The position numbers and the translations under genes are program-made. From assembly GCA_038061995.1 (NCBI GenBank), contig JBBTYA010000001.1:10441-74440 (forward strand): DNA of 64,000 bases. Reading direction: 5' to 3'. The notes beneath the pieces were generated by a model. The model was not told where the DNA came from, made no database searches, and saw only the letters and a program-made list of their open reading frames with translations. This document shows positions 18,265 to 27,461 of the stretch, piece by piece (positions within the stretch are counted from its first letter, which is position 1; each line of letters starts with the position of its first letter). Origin of the DNA: Patescibacteria group bacterium (GTDB lineage: Bacteria > Patescibacteriota > Minisyncoccia > 2-02-FULL-40-12 > GWA2-44-9).

Positions 18265-18573
18265 AGCACTTTTCATCCGTCATCCCCATCGCCCCCCCAC
18301 GCAGGTTTCAGCAATCTTCGTGGGGCCAGCCCCTTTTGACTCCTAAAGGGCCGATTCGTGTGCATAGTCTTTCTCCAGGCAAAGGTGCACACGCCATGCA
18401 GCCGTCCGAAGGTCGGCAAAGAAGGAATCGAGAGAGCCCCCTCTCTTGAACGTCTCTGCATGGTCCCGCTGATGCGCAAAGCAAACGCATCAGACCTCCT
18501 TTCGCGGCGCTTGCCGCACGTCGCCGTTCGCCCCTCGTGTAATCCGGGATATCACGAGGGGCTTTTTCTTTTT
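18265..18573 (+). ncRNA. Hairpin-rich transcription unit 3 (no convincing ORF)
   Basis: Consecutive stems (ccccacg/cgtgggg, cgtgtgca/tgcacacg, ccatgcag/ctgcatgg, ctgatgcg/cgcatcag) ending in terminator 18530-18573. Confidence 0.6.
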
Positions 18574-19555
18574 ATAAACTCGACACCTTCACGGGCACCA
18601 ATGGCCACGGACCCCAATTCCCTTTCGTGAGGATGCCTTTCTTTGCACCGAATTCAGTAACTACCGATGATGCATTTGCAGTGCCAAACTGAATCGCTTT
18701 TGCGATATCTCCAGAGCGCGCATATTCACATACAAACCCAGAGCTGAAGGCATCACCCGCCCCCGTGCGCTCCACTACCGGCGATGCGGGCACGCTCGCT
18801 GTATATACTTTTTTCCCATCAGAGACAGAAACGCCGTTCGGCCCTTTCGTGAGTACAAAAATACCGTCGATGAGGCGATCCATAGTTTCAAAAATGTCTT
18901 TCTCGTTTTGATATGGGATGCCCAAAAAATCAGCAGCTTCTTCTTGATTCATAATCACCACGGAAAAGTGTTTCAGCAGTGGCTTAAGCTTTTCTAAACC
19001 ATGCGCAAGCTCTTTTCCGCCCGGATTGATGGCGAGCTGGATCTTATTGTCACGCGCCCAGAGCGTCGTTGTTTCGAGAACTTCCCAGCTTCCGCCTAGA
19101 CTACTTACAAATGCCCACGTAGATTGAAGGCGGTCGTAGGGAATACCCACGGTTGTGAAGTGTTGCCCCTCACCCTTGTAGGAAAGAATGGTGCGCTCTC
19201 CGTCTTCGTTTACGAGCACCACAGAATAAGCGGTCATGCCATCGTCGTGAGTCAGCACATATTTCGGATCCACGCCTTCTTTGCGCAACACATCAAGAAT
19301 ATCTCGGCCGTTCGCATCATGCCCCACCACGCCAATAAACGCCGTGTTCAAACCTTGACGCGCAAACGTAACTGCCGTGTTCGTTCCCCCACCACCAGAA
19401 GCGAGAACGATCTCGGGTACTTCAATTTTTGAGCCAAGACCAAATGCAAGCCCCCGCTTTTCGGGAAATGCGTCGTTCTGTATTATGAGCGGCGAACGAA
19501 GCTTTAGAAAAGTATCTTGTGTTGCGGATCCAAATACAATGATGTCGTACTGCAT
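18572..19555 (-). CDS. PfkB-family carbohydrate kinase
   Basis: SGGGGTNTAVTFARQG and VERTGAGDAF signature motifs. Confidence 0.92.
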   Translation of the reverse strand: MQYDIIVFGSATQDTFLKLRSPLIIQNDAFPEKRGLAFGLGSKIEVPEIVLASGGGGTNTAVTFARQGLNTAFIGVVGHDANGRDILDVLRKEGVDPKYVLTHDDGMTAYSVVLVNEDGERTILSYKGEGQHFTTVGIPYDRLQSTWAFVSSLGGSWEVLETTTLWARDNKIQLAINPGGKELAHGLEKLKPLLKHFSVVIMNQEEAADFLGIPYQNEKDIFETMDRLIDGIFVLTKGPNGVSVSDGKKVYTASVPASPVVERTGAGDAFSSGFVCEYARSGDIAKAIQFGTANASSVVTEFGAKKGILTKGNWGPWPLVPVKVSSL

Positions 19556-19557
19556 GA

Positions 19558-20178
19558 TTAAGAAAAGTCTGAAAGTGCTTTAAGGGGATCCTCGCTATGC
19601 ATAATATAACTACCGCATGCGGCTTCCGCGCATCCTGCTTCAGAAAGCGTTTTCACGGTTTCTGGCGTGACGCCACCATCAGCCATCAGCGGCATGTGCG
19701 TGTGCGCCTTATGGAATACGGCGATGCGCTCTACTACCTGCGGGAGAAACGGGGCTCCATATGTCCCGGGATGCACGGTCATAAACTGGACTCCCTGCGC
19801 ATGCATCACCAGTTCTTCGTGTGTAGCGGTGTCGGTGTCAGGATTGAACGCAATCCACGGCCGCTTCCCTGATTCTACCACGCGAGCGATGAGCGCAGAG
19901 GATATATCTGTTGACTCTGCGTGCATGATGATGCGGTCCGTGCGCGTTGCGAGCCATGCGGCAAGAACATCACTCACGTGAGAGACCATGAGATGCACAT
20001 CAATCGCAACGCCTTCGGGGATGCATGCGATCTCCTCAACGCCTCGCACAGTGTGCGTAGGAACCAGTGTGCCATCAGCGATATCAATGTGGATACGCTG
20101 GGTATGCCCCGCTACGTTGCCCCACAACTGCTGAAACTCTTCAGGGCTCTGCGCGAGAATGGCTGGGATAATAATCAT
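19558..20178 (-). CDS. rpe: Ribulose-phosphate 3-epimerase
   Basis: IIPAIL, HIDIADG, DVHLMV, MTVHPG.YG, ADGGV motifs. Confidence 0.92.
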   Translation of the reverse strand: MIIIPAILAQSPEEFQQLWGNVAGHTQRIHIDIADGTLVPTHTVRGVEEIACIPEGVAIDVHLMVSHVSDVLAAWLATRTDRIIMHAESTDISSALIARVVESGKRPWIAFNPDTDTATHEELVMHAQGVQFMTVHPGTYGAPFLPQVVERIAVFHKAHTHMPLMADGGVTPETVKTLSEAGCAEAACGSYIMHSEDPLKALSDFS

Positions 20179-20597
20179 GAAAGTTTCGCGATGCGTCGCA
20201 CATGACGTGCATCGCCAGAAAATGGCGTTTCTAAAAAGGCCTGAACATACGTGATTGCCTCTTCTTGGGTCATACTATCTGCGCCAAGCGCGAGTGCGTT
20301 CACGTCGTCATCGGTGCGCATTTCTCGCACATGCTCGAGCGAGCGCGGCAAACCACAGCGGATATGTGGCGCACGGTTGAGTGCAATATCCATACCGACT
20401 CCCGTACCACAGAGGGCAATGATGCGATCATCTGTTCCCGCTTTTTCACGGGCGAGAATGGCGAAATCGGGATAATCATCATCTTTATTCAACTCTTTGG
20501 CGCCAAGATCTTCAAACGCAATATTCTGCTTGTGAAGCCACGCAGAAATCGCATCTTTCAATAAAAATCCACGATGATCTGCAATGAGATAGAGCAT
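20175..20597 (-). CDS. rpiB: Ribose-5-phosphate isomerase B
   Basis: ADHRG, DDYPDFA, CGTGVG, DVNALALG, RHVRRI motifs. Confidence 0.93.
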   Translation of the reverse strand: MLYLIADHRGFLLKDAISAWLHKQNIAFEDLGAKELNKDDDYPDFAILAREKAGTDDRIIALCGTGVGMDIALNRAPHIRCGLPRSLEHVREMRTDDDVNALALGADSMTQEEAITYVQAFLETPFSGDARHVRRIAKLS

Positions 20598-20599
20598 GG

Positions 20600-21523
20600 T
20601 TATGATTGCCGATTGAGATACTGAACCGCAGTAAGCGCTGCGATGCACCCCTGTCCAGCCGCAATGACAATCTGGTTAAACGGCACATTCGTCACGTCAC
20701 CTGCCGCAAAAAGACCAGAAACGTTTGTAGCACAATGCGCATCAACAACAATCTGCCCGATAGCATCCTTTTCTACTTCAGAAGGAACAACTGAAGAATT
20801 CGGGATGTTGCCAATGTGCACAAAGACTCCTTCTACGTCGAGTACGTGCTCCACGCCTTCCGCATCTTTATATGCGAGGTGCTTTACAAATTGGTCTCCC
20901 TCAATACGTGTGGTGAGCGCATTATACAGTATGGTTACGTTCTGCTTCTTTTGCAGGTTCTCAATGAGCATCTGATCCCCCTTAAAAGCGGTGTTCTTAT
21001 TGATAACGTACACATGCGATGCAATATCAGCGAGCATGAGGGCAGATTCAAGCGCGGAGTTCCCTCCACCAACAGTTGCGGTGATTTTGCCACTAAAAAT
21101 GGGGCCATCACACGTGGTGCAATAGCTTACTCCCTTATTACGAAATTCCTTTTCTCCGGGCACTCCCAGCTCGCGAGGATGGACGCCCGTAGCTACAATC
21201 ACCGCGCGAGATTGGAAAGAAAGCGCCTCGTCGCCTCGCTTGGCGCTTACGGTAAAAATACCATCGGTGCCCTTTACAATACTTTCAACCAGTACACCGT
21301 CTTCTGTAGGAGCCTTATAGAAATCAAGGTGATCCTTAAATTGCTTGGCGAGCGCAAAGCCATCGGTTTGTTGCACGCCGGGCCAGTTACCGACCTCGCC
21401 GGATGTTGCCACCTCGCCGCCAAATTCCTTTGCCACCACTACAAAGTTTAAACCGCGACGAGCCGCATAAATACCCGCAGTAATAGCCGCCGCCGAACCG
21501 CCAATAATCGTTAAATCTCGCAT
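20600..21523 (-). CDS. trxB: Thioredoxin reductase
   Basis: IIGG..A, ATG, GVSYCTTCDGP, GGGNSA, FAAGDVT motifs. Confidence 0.92.
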   Translation of the reverse strand: MRDLTIIGGSAAAITAGIYAARRGLNFVVVAKEFGGEVATSGEVGNWPGVQQTDGFALAKQFKDHLDFYKAPTEDGVLVESIVKGTDGIFTVSAKRGDEALSFQSRAVIVATGVHPRELGVPGEKEFRNKGVSYCTTCDGPIFSGKITATVGGGNSALESALMLADIASHVYVINKNTAFKGDQMLIENLQKKQNVTILYNALTTRIEGDQFVKHLAYKDAEGVEHVLDVEGVFVHIGNIPNSSVVPSEVEKDAIGQIVVDAHCATNVSGLFAAGDVTNVPFNQIVIAAGQGCIAALTAVQYLNRQS

Positions 21524-21559
21524 AGTAATGCCAGTATAGCATAGTGCTTAATATATCTT

Positions 21560-21701
21560 AAGAATACGAGATGTTGTTCTGGAGAGCCTCTCGGAGCCCG
21601 AACCGCTCGGACGAGCGAAGCTCGGGTGAGGGCGAGAGGGAGTGCTCTTGCTCGCAGGAAGCAAGAGACACGTGCTCGGAAGAACAATGTCTCGTATTCT
21701 T
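21560..21701 (+). ncRNA. Dispersed structured element, copy C
   Basis: 21-bp closing stem aagaatacgagatgttgttct/agaacaatgtctcgtattctt with two G-U pairs; core cctctcggagcccgaacc...ggtgagggcgagagggagtgctcttgctcgcaggaagcaagagacacgtg. Confidence 0.75.
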
Positions 21702-21741
21702 TTTTGTTGTCGCTGGCCCAGTTGTGCTATACTCGTTACCT

Positions 21742-21975
21742 ATGCCAAAGATCACTATTTATTCAACCCCCTGGTGTGGCTACTGCAAGCAAGCAAAAGA
21801 GTATTTCCAAACAAAAGGATGGGAGTTTACTGAAAAAGACGTGCAGGCAGACACTGTCGCTCGCGAAGAGATGATCAACAAAACCGGCCAACTTGGCGTT
21901 CCGGTCATTGATGTCAATGGAAAGATAATCATCGGCTTTGATCGCCCGAAAATCGATCAATACGCCGCATCGTAA
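21742..21975 (+). CDS. Glutaredoxin/NrdH-like protein
   Basis: MPKITIYSTPWCGYC...GQLGVPVI...IIGFD; start at the ATG at 21742. Confidence 0.92.
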   Translation: MPKITIYSTPWCGYCKQAKEYFQTKGWEFTEKDVQADTVAREEMINKTGQLGVPVIDVNGKIIIGFDRPKIDQYAAS

Positions 21976-21978
21976 CCC

Positions 21979-22587
21979 ATGTCTCAAGAACCTAAACCAC
22001 TTCCCTACACCTCTTTGGATGGAATTTCAGAAAAGACACTCGCGATCCACCACGATAAGCTGTATGCGGGATACGTTGCGAAGCTCAATGAAATTCTTCC
22101 TAAGTTTAAAGAGCTGCGTTTGGCGGGCAAGTTACAAGGAAATGCGACATATAGCGAACTTCGGGCCCTTAAGGACGCGGAAACATTTGCAACCAATGGA
22201 GTCTACCTACATGAGTGGTATTTTGATGGTCTCGGTGGTTCCGGGAACCCAGCCGAAGCACCAGAGCTCTCAAAAGCATTAACCGAAAAATGGGATTCAA
22301 TCGAGGTAGCGATAAAATCTTTTTCGGAATGCGCGATGGCCGCGCGAGGCTGGGCCGTACTGGCATGGGATACAAAAGTTGGACGCCTCAAACAGTATAA
22401 CGCTGATGCCCACAACCAGGGCGGCATCTGGGGCTGTTTGCCTATTATTGTGCTCGACGTCTACGAACACGCCTACTTCATCGACTACGGTTCAGATAAA
22501 GCAGCGTATATTGCAGCCTTCTGGAAAAACTTCAATTGGAAAGTTGCCGAGGAGCTCTACGTAAAAGCCCGCGACATCCGCCTATAA
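21979..22587 (+). CDS. sod: Fe/Mn superoxide dismutase
   Basis: LPY..L.GISEKTL.IHHDK, LHEWYF, GWAVL, LDVYEHAY motifs. Confidence 0.9.
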   Translation: MSQEPKPLPYTSLDGISEKTLAIHHDKLYAGYVAKLNEILPKFKELRLAGKLQGNATYSELRALKDAETFATNGVYLHEWYFDGLGGSGNPAEAPELSKALTEKWDSIEVAIKSFSECAMAARGWAVLAWDTKVGRLKQYNADAHNQGGIWGCLPIIVLDVYEHAYFIDYGSDKAAYIAAFWKNFNWKVAEELYVKARDIRL

Positions 22588-22589
22588 GC

Positions 22590-23975
22590 TTAGCGCCACG
22601 TGCTCAACCACATGCGCGCAGAGAATGTCTGCTCACTAAGGGGTAATCCATAGGTGATGGGCGCAAAATAGACAAATACGATACACGCAAGCACGCCAAG
22701 CGCCACGAGTGTGCGGCGCGATATGTTCGCCTTATCACACACATACCCCATCGCCAGAAGTGCGAAGAGTAACGCAGGGAAATAGTGGTACAAGAACATG
22801 ACGCGCGAAATTCCCACAAACGGCAACAATGAAATGCCGTAGCCAGCCACAATAAAGAGTGCGGGAAATGTGCGCTGTTGGGGATCTCGTAACGTAAAGA
22901 AAAGGAATAAGATCGCCGTACTACTTCCCCACCACACGATAGGATTACCTACCAAATAAATCTTGTGCTGCTCGCCGGGACGGTCACTCGTCTGCTGATC
23001 GCTGTTCCAATAAAAAATACTGCGTGTCATGAGTGGCCACGAGTACCACGGGCTTCCGTAGGGATGCGTGGCAGTAAGGCGCGCGTTCGCACGATACATT
23101 TCGATATTGAGCTCAACAATGCTTGCCAGCATGCCCTTCGGTGTCAGCGTTGGGTCCTCTGATGCTGCGTTTCCTTGAAGGCGTGCCTGAAATTCACGGC
23201 TCATGAACGCATCGCCCGGGCCAGTATTCGGGAGGAGTGAAAGGTGCACCCAAAAGATAGCCGCGTAGAGCGCAACCGGAACAACAGTAAAGAATGAAAG
23301 ATCCCGAAACGAAAGTGCACGTTCCTTGCTGGCAACCAGCACACCCTCCGCCTTCGCCCGCCATAGCTGGCTTCGGCGGACACAGTCCGCAAGAAGCGCG
23401 AGCAGTAAGAATGCGCCACCGGTCCATTTGATTGATGCGGCTAAGGCACCAAAGATACTCATGCCCACGATAAAGCGCCATTGTGTAGTCTGACGGAAAC
23501 GAAGATACATGCAGAGCGTCAAGATGCCAAAGAGGAGCAAGAACGCATCTAAGAGGATAAACCGAGACTGCACCACCAGCGCGCTTTCAACCGCCGCGGC
23601 CACCCCCACAAGCGCGGCGTAGGGAGTGCGTATACCTAACAGGCGTGCGAGCCAAAAAAGCGCGAGCGGAATGAGTGTGCCCGCAAGCGTGGGAAGAAAA
23701 CGAAGTGCTTTGTATGAATCGTCGGGATAGGCATCCCCAATATTGGCGAAGCCAAACTCTGGCTTAAAGCCAGCAAGCTTCCCGAATCCTGCGATGAGCA
23801 GCTTCCCCAGTGGTGGGTGAATGTCGAAGTAGTACTCACCTGTTGCATAGCCAGAGATGAATTTTCCAAAATGCACCTCATCAAATACGGTTTCATTCGG
23901 CGCCCCAAACATGAACCAATGCGTTGCAATGCTCAGGAGGGCAATGAGCGCGAGCGCGCGTTTGTCGGTTATCAT
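22590..23975 (-). CDS. Protein O-mannosyltransferase (PMT family)
   Basis: VFDEVHFG, FDIHPPLGK, SRFILLD, HPYGSPWYSWP, GNP, FLYHYFPA motifs; multi-TM. Confidence 0.9.
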   Translation of the reverse strand: MITDKRALALIALLSIATHWFMFGAPNETVFDEVHFGKFISGYATGEYYFDIHPPLGKLLIAGFGKLAGFKPEFGFANIGDAYPDDSYKALRFLPTLAGTLIPLALFWLARLLGIRTPYAALVGVAAAVESALVVQSRFILLDAFLLLFGILTLCMYLRFRQTTQWRFIVGMSIFGALAASIKWTGGAFLLLALLADCVRRSQLWRAKAEGVLVASKERALSFRDLSFFTVVPVALYAAIFWVHLSLLPNTGPGDAFMSREFQARLQGNAASEDPTLTPKGMLASIVELNIEMYRANARLTATHPYGSPWYSWPLMTRSIFYWNSDQQTSDRPGEQHKIYLVGNPIVWWGSSTAILFLFFTLRDPQQRTFPALFIVAGYGISLLPFVGISRVMFLYHYFPALLFALLAMGYVCDKANISRRTLVALGVLACIVFVYFAPITYGLPLSEQTFSARMWLSTWR

Positions 23976-24061
23976 GTAACGCATCATAGCGTGGAGTGCG
24001 TTCTGTATGCAAGAAAAAGGCCCGCGCCCACACAAGGTGGACACGGGCTGGTGGTGGAGCG

Positions 24062-24769
24062 CTACGCGGCGACCGGCTTTTCTTCCGCACGCGGAAGCTC
24101 GAAGATGAGATAGCGGCCGGGCCCCCAAGACGCGTTGTATTTCAAGTCCTGGAACCAGATCTCGCCAGACATGTGGCGATACATGATCATGAACAGAGAG
24201 TTGCTCAGCGGTTCCGAGGCGATGGTGTGGGATGGCTCCTGGTAGATGGGCCCCGTGTAGTTCTTGTGCGTCATGAGCGCAAGCGCGACCTCTGGCCTAC
24301 AGGGGCGCAAGCCCAGGCGCACCGCACGCTCCAACACTTCCGCATATGAGCGCTGACTCATCCCACGACACCCCAGGCGCGTGCTGCCAACGAGCATGAG
24401 ATCGCATGGCGTCGACTCGGTCGCGATCGGGATGGACTCGAGCGCCGAAAGAGCGGTGGCCAAGATGCAATCACCACGGCCCATGGCTTTCAGGGCGGCC
24501 CGATACTCTCCGAGGCTTTGGTATTCGCCCAGAGTGACGGTCATCCAGACCTCAGGCTTGAGCGTGATCTGAGGCAGCCTGAGTGCGGTGCGAACCGCAT
24601 CCCGCGTCCAGCCATCGATCTCGTCCCAGGGCTTGTCCACTTCCATCAGATCCGTGAGGATGCCGGAGCTCTTCAGGTCCTGCAACCAGTCGCCACTCCT
24701 GTTGCGTCTCTCCAACGTCTCGAGGGCATCTCTGATCTGCTTACCGGAAACGTCTTTCGAAGGGTCCAT
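24062..24769 (-). CDS. Orphan/hypothetical protein
   Basis: 235-aa ORF with AAGGAG RBS, G/C-ending codons and own terminator (about 24011-24050). Confidence 0.75.
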   Translation of the reverse strand: MDPSKDVSGKQIRDALETLERRNRSGDWLQDLKSSGILTDLMEVDKPWDEIDGWTRDAVRTALRLPQITLKPEVWMTVTLGEYQSLGEYRAALKAMGRGDCILATALSALESIPIATESTPCDLMLVGSTRLGCRGMSQRSYAEVLERAVRLGLRPCRPEVALALMTHKNYTGPIYQEPSHTIASEPLSNSLFMIMYRHMSGEIWFQDLKYNASWGPGRYLIFELPRAEEKPVAA

Positions 24770-24830
24770 AGGGACTCCTTATATCTACTCTCTTGTGAGG
24801 TAGCACGACATGCTAGCGGACCACCGCGGT

Positions 24831-24880
24831 GATAGTCATAGCCACAAATGTTCGGAAAAGCGCTTGTGGCTATGACTATC
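24831..24880. repeat. 17-bp perfect inverted repeat
   Basis: gatagtcatagccacaa-16 nt-ttgtggctatgactatc. Confidence 0.85.
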
Positions 24881-24994
24881 GCGTGGAGATATGGCAAAGA
24901 ACTAATGGGCACAGGTATACAGGAAATAGAGAAAAACGGCAAGCTGTCACCCCTTTCCTTTTCCCTTGTTTTGCAATACAATTGGAAACCATCT

Positions 24995-26323
24995 ATGTCA
25001 AGAAAGCGGCGCACCCCCACGAAAGGAACGTTCACTATTACAGCGCACGATCACCACTCCAAGGCGCGCGTTGGCATGCTCACAACGCCGCACGGCATCG
25101 TAGAAACCCCCGCGTACGTTATTGTGGGCACACGGGGCTTTGTACGCGCACTCAAGCCAACTGATATTGCAAAAACAAACACGCACCTCATCATCGCCAA
25201 TGCCTACCACTTATGGGATGCCGCCCTCACTCGCCCATCAACAAAAAACAGTACATTCCTTACACGCTCACTCAAACAATCAATCCCCACCATGACGGAC
25301 AGCGGCGGATTTCAAGTATTCTCCTTTGGGGCGGCGCGCGAACATAACGTAGGGAAAGTATTAGAGCGTCCTCGTCGAGCCGTAGGTGAAAAAAGTGCAG
25401 TGATTATTACGGAAGAGGGTGTCGCGTTTACAGATCCCACGGGTAAAGAGCGCACGTTAACACCCGAGCTCTCTATGCAGATTCAGGAAGCCATTGGTGC
25501 TGATATGATTTTTGCATTTGATGAATGCACATCGCCACTGCATAATCGCGTCCACACTCGCGACGCGATGCATCGCACCCATCGCTGGTTGCAGCGGTGT
25601 CTTACCGAAAAAATAACGCGCCCCCTCATGGAGCGTCAAATGATTTATGGCATTGTGCAGGGTGGACGTTTTCAAGATCTGCGCGCACAAAGCGCGCGAC
25701 ATGTAGGGAGCACTGCGGTTGATGGCATCGGCATTGGTGGCTCGTTTGGGAAAGAAGAAATGCGCGCGACACTCGACGCAATCATGCCACACCTCCCCGA
25801 AGAAAAGCCGCGACACCTGCTAGGTATCGGGCGCATCGAAGATATTTTTGATGCCGTTGCCGCCGGTGTTGATACATTCGATTGCGTCATCCCTACCCGC
25901 GAAGCACGTCATGGACGCATTTGGACAACGGATGGCCCTATCGATATCCGTTCTGCACGCTGGCGTGCGAGCACCGCACGCCTCTCACCTCGTTGCACCT
26001 GTCCTGCATGTGTCATAGGCACTACCCGCAGTACGCTCTGTGCACTATTCCGCCTTGATACCCACTTCCCCGCAACCGAAAGCCAGGCTCAGCGCCTGGC
26101 TACGATGCATAACATTTGGTTTTTCCAAAAGCTTGTTACGGATATGCGTACCGCAATTCGTAAAGGTACCTTTACGCAGTTTCAGAAGCGCTACCTGGCG
26201 CGCCTGCATCAGGGGCAGTCGTATCGTGCTCAGGCTTCTTCCCGCGAGCAATCCGCTCAGAGAACACGTAGTAGAACAAAATCTCTAAAATCCCGAACGT
26301 ATTCACCACCAAAAGGGCGATGA
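24995..26323 (+). CDS. tgt: tRNA-guanine transglycosylase
   Basis: TPHG.VETP, TDSGGFQVFS, FDEC, GIVQGG, HLLGIG, DTFDCVIPTR, CTCPAC...HN motifs. Confidence 0.95.
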   Translation: MSRKRRTPTKGTFTITAHDHHSKARVGMLTTPHGIVETPAYVIVGTRGFVRALKPTDIAKTNTHLIIANAYHLWDAALTRPSTKNSTFLTRSLKQSIPTMTDSGGFQVFSFGAAREHNVGKVLERPRRAVGEKSAVIITEEGVAFTDPTGKERTLTPELSMQIQEAIGADMIFAFDECTSPLHNRVHTRDAMHRTHRWLQRCLTEKITRPLMERQMIYGIVQGGRFQDLRAQSARHVGSTAVDGIGIGGSFGKEEMRATLDAIMPHLPEEKPRHLLGIGRIEDIFDAVAAGVDTFDCVIPTREARHGRIWTTDGPIDIRSARWRASTARLSPRCTCPACVIGTTRSTLCALFRLDTHFPATESQAQRLATMHNIWFFQKLVTDMRTAIRKGTFTQFQKRYLARLHQGQSYRAQASSREQSAQRTRSRTKSLKSRTYSPPKGR

Positions 26324-26468
26324 ACCACCACTTCGCACTGAGACGGGCGGCCTTCCAAAGCGCAAGGCCTTTCCATACAAATACCCACACAAACGCCGCT
26401 AGAATGATCCAATCAAAGGAGAAAGGAAAGCTTAAGAGGCTCTCGTAGGAGAATGGGTTTTGAGTCAT
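26172..26468 (-). CDS. Small membrane protein (DUF5652-like)
   Basis: WVFVWKGLALWKAAR...WWFIALLVVNTFGILEILFY signature. Confidence 0.8.
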   Translation of the reverse strand: MTQNPFSYESLLSFPFSFDWIILAAFVWVFVWKGLALWKAARLSAKWWFIALLVVNTFGILEILFYYVFSERIARGKKPEHDTTAPDAGAPGSASETA

Positions 26469-26487
26469 ATTTCCTAGTATATCACAC

Positions 26488-26841
26488 TTATTCCTTTGAC
26501 AAGAGGTCTAGCTCGTGGCGAATCTCAGCAAGAATATCGGCCGGAATAGGGATCGTATCGCGCACGGGGCTGACCCCAGGATAGCGCCACGCGGTGATGA
26601 CCACCTTTCTCCCCCTCATGGAGTCTTGTCGATACATCACCCAGATCTCTGTTGGCTTTTTAGGAGTCCCCGCCTTCTGCATAACGCCTACCGCCCCCGG
26701 GACTACACTCTCTTCCATACGTGCAGGAGAACGCATCACCCGTTTCACGCGATCAGCCGAAAGCGCATAGTGCTGCATCTTGCGCACCACGTGTGCCGTC
26801 CATCGATATTTGGCATCATTTTTAGGAAGATTAAAACGCAT
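26488..26841 (-). CDS. Hypothetical protein
   Basis: 117-aa ORF coupled to the upstream gene; WT.H...KM..Y, EIWVMY, ITAWRYPG motifs. Confidence 0.8.
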   Translation of the reverse strand: MRFNLPKNDAKYRWTAHVVRKMQHYALSADRVKRVMRSPARMEESVVPGAVGVMQKAGTPKKPTEIWVMYRQDSMRGRKVVITAWRYPGVSPVRDTIPIPADILAEIRHELDLLSKE

Positions 26842-26842
26842 A

Positions 26843-27361
26843 CTACCACTCTACCCCTTTTACTCCCTTTTTTCCGTCTTGATAGGGATGTTTTATTTCT
26901 TTTATCTCACTCACAATATCAGCACGATCAATTAGTGATTGCGACGCATCGCGACCTGTGAGCATAAGATCCATGCCCTTGGGGAGCGCATCGACAAGAG
27001 CTTCAACTTCTGCGAGTTCAAGGAGTCCGAGCGCGAGCGCGTTGTGTACTTCATCTAAAATAAGCATGTCCCACGCACCGCTTTCCATTTCTGTGCGCGC
27101 GAGTGCAAGACCGGCGCGAGCGGCTTCAATATGTTCTTCACGCGGTAGCGTATCTCCTAAGATACCTACAAACCCCTTCCCTGTTTTTATGATTTTAAAA
27201 TCGGGCGCAAGGCGTTGAAATGATTCGTCTTCACCCGAGCGCCATGGTCCTTTAATAAACTGCACCATGAGCACTTTGCGGCCATCGCCAACGGCGCGCA
27301 ATGCCTGCCCCAGCGAGCTTGTGGTCTTGCCCTTTCCATTCCCCGTAATGAGCAAAATCAT
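26843..27361 (-). CDS. cobO: ATP:corrinoid adenosyltransferase (CobO/BtuR)
   Basis: TGNGKGKTT, VQFIKG, LILDE, LTGR, AD.VSE...KHPY motifs. Confidence 0.92.
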   Translation of the reverse strand: MILLITGNGKGKTTSSLGQALRAVGDGRKVLMVQFIKGPWRSGEDESFQRLAPDFKIIKTGKGFVGILGDTLPREEHIEAARAGLALARTEMESGAWDMLILDEVHNALALGLLELAEVEALVDALPKGMDLMLTGRDASQSLIDRADIVSEIKEIKHPYQDGKKGVKGVEW

Positions 27362-27461
27362 GTGCCGCAATCCTAGCATAGAGCCCACAAACGGTCACGA
27401 AAAAAGAAACGGCTCCGCCCACTATGAGTGGACGAGGCCTTCACGTACACCGGCGCAGGCT

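Noticed and set aside
17146-18630. Listed 60-115 aa ORFs in this interval as real genes; tmRNA or RNase P identity for the RNAs
   Set aside because: The longer ORFs lack an RBS and cross promoters or terminators; no tRNA-like ends, ANDN-type tag or GAGGAAAGTCC motif was seen.
21571-21741. N-terminal extensions of glutaredoxin (and likewise rplY, tgt, PMT, HNH, groES) in the ORF track
   Set aside because: The extensions run through structured elements or promoters; family homology begins at downstream ATGs.
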